The translations under genes were made by a program, and so were the position numbers. A DNA stretch of 63,547 nt, counting the filler, from Klebsormidium nitens (Eukaryota > Plantae > Klebsormidiophyceae): assembly GCA_000708835.1 (NCBI GenBank). It is 7 parts of 7 records of this genome, joined end to end, with 100 filler letters (N's around TTAATTAATTAA, not from the genome) between each part and the next. Parts side by side here need not be neighbours in the genome. Positions count along the whole stretch, not along the records: positions 61,714 to 63,547 come from DF237884.1; 6 more parts are not named here. One strand, written 5' to 3'. Below, piece after piece: positions 62,383 to 63,547 of this stretch (its first letter is position 1; every line of letters begins with the position of its first letter). The notes under the pieces are model-generated. The model made no database searches, had not been told where the DNA came from, and worked only from the letters and a program-made list of their open reading frames with translations.

Positions 62383-62832
62383 ATGTTACAGGTCAACGAC
62401 TTGAAACAATTGGAGACTGGCCATTATGTACTATATTTCGTGCGTGGACGTGCTCCGAATAACTATGTTTGCTATGATATACCCTTTATCAACGAGACTT
62501 TAGCGAATGAATGCTGTGAGATTTATCAGGAACATCGAACAGAATATTATGGGACTGGATACACTTTCTGTAGAGTTTATAAAACGATATGCATATTTGA
62601 TGGAGAGTATATGCATTCACTTACACATTCTGGAACAAAGTGGTCTTTGACACAGATCGATAAATACAACGACAAGGTTATGCAATGTTCGGATAAATAC
62701 AAGACATACATAGGATTCTTTGGAGATGGATTGCGAAGGCATCGTACTTTCCTCGAGAAGTTAGCAATGACACTGACATTTGGTTTCTGTTGTGCCGTAG
62801 ATGACTGTGTGAGTGTGCGGATCGATGGGTAG
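62383..62832 (+). CDS. Hypothetical 149-aa intronless AT-rich ORF, virus-like gene organisation
   Basis: ATG-initiated ORF only 37 nt after the previous stop. The spacer is A-rich (aaaaaatttaaattg...aacaaaataacaagATG) and codon usage is A/T-ending, unlike the host exons. No recognised domain. Confidence 0.55.
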   Translation: MLQVNDLKQLETGHYVLYFVRGRAPNNYVCYDIPFINETLANECCEIYQEHRTEYYGTGYTFCRVYKTICIFDGEYMHSLTHSGTKWSLTQIDKYNDKVMQCSDKYKTYIGFFGDGLRRHRTFLEKLAMTLTFGFCCAVDDCVSVRIDG

Positions 62833-63472
62833 AAACTTTTGATTTCTTCAATCAATCAGAATAGTGTGCCCGGTTCGCCCAGCAATCGACGGATCAGGTC
62901 AGGTTTACGTAGCAGGATCGACGGTGTTCGTCCCAGGAATAGCTTTAGCACTGTTGAGTAGGAAAGGTATTAGACAGACAAGGAAGGCGGCTGCATATAA
63001 CCCTACGCACATGAATTCCATGCAAGCTCTAGCATGAACCGGTGATACGGTTTGCGATGGAAGGCTTGCGACATGATTGCAGAAGAATGCACAATCGAAT
63101 ATACCGCTTGCGCGCGTGCACGCCACGTATGAAATGTTCCATGAGAATATTCCATGCTTGGTTATATGCAGAAGGGGTCCGTAAAAGGGAATTGGCTGTC
63201 CTACACAAATCGACAATGATACAATGCAGCAAGACCTCTCCAACGAGCATTTTTTGAAAGTAGGTCCAACTCCAAGTACCAAACGTACAACCAATGTCTG
63301 CTTCATCACTCTGCCTCGTTCAACACACTCTTTTTGAGCCTCTAGATAGATAGACAATGAACGTTCACCTCGTTCTGCCAAGCTTGCATATTCTACCCAC
63401 TTCTACAACATAGACTGAGCATCGTCCACACCAGTCGACTTCAGTACCACTATCAATGTTTTGCGGAACACT

Positions 63473-63540
63473 CTACCGCGTCGTGTTGGACACCCTGATA
63501 GTGGTACAGATCCTACCGCGTCGTGTTGGACACCCTGATA
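63473..63540. repeat. Two identical 28-bp direct repeats (period 40)
   Basis: CTACCGCGTCGTGTTGGACACCCTGATA occurs at 63473 and 63513. The array may continue beyond the window. Confidence 0.85.
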
Positions 63541-63547
63541 GGAATGG

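Noticed and set aside
62905-63381. 158-aa minus-strand ORF, and a deamination-decayed plus-strand gene in the same region
   Set aside because: No recognisable motifs were found, and plus-strand stop density is not clearly below random expectation.
63473-63540. CRISPR-like repeat-spacer interpretation
   Set aside because: There are only two repeats with a 12-nt spacer, no cas genes, and the context is eukaryotic.
1-63547. tRNA, rRNA or snRNA genes
   Set aside because: None were recognised. The tRNA-iMet-like matches are retrotransposon primer-binding sites only.

Overview
Eukaryotic, intron-rich genomic scaffold with GC-rich exons, GT-AG introns and N-gaps carrying an artificial TTAATTAATTAA linker. 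Gene content and style point to a streptophyte alga, most likely Klebsormidium; this is an inference, not a database match. All splice models below were built by hand and checked for phase consistency. From 1 to 26 kb there are three conserved host genes: a PUF/Pumilio gene (-), a 16-exon CHASE-domain hybrid histidine kinase of the cytokinin-receptor type (-), and a DENND6-like Rab GEF (+) with a MITE in one intron. From 26 to 36 kb lies a nest of Ty1/copia remnants (half-tRNA-iMet PBS, four copies of one LTR family) around a degenerate SAP-domain, possibly KDZ-type, element. From 36 to 43 kb are a Cof-type HAD phosphatase and an NPA-less aquaporin-like gene. From 44 to 63.5 kb is an accessory island holding an intact 8-exon Crinkler-type (coiled-coil + REase-fold + kinase) gene, a virus-type D5 SF3 helicase with an intron inside Walker A, a C2-containing UVRAG/VPS38 gene, an intron-containing UL9/NCLDV-type origin-binding SF2 helicase, and an intronless, virus-like block (Pro/Thr linker + CBM49-like domain and an AT-rich ORF). 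The most notable candidates are the intron-bearing viral replication helicases, the CR effector, recurrent degenerate exon-end copies inside introns, and PUF elements in the Pumilio gene's own 3' region.
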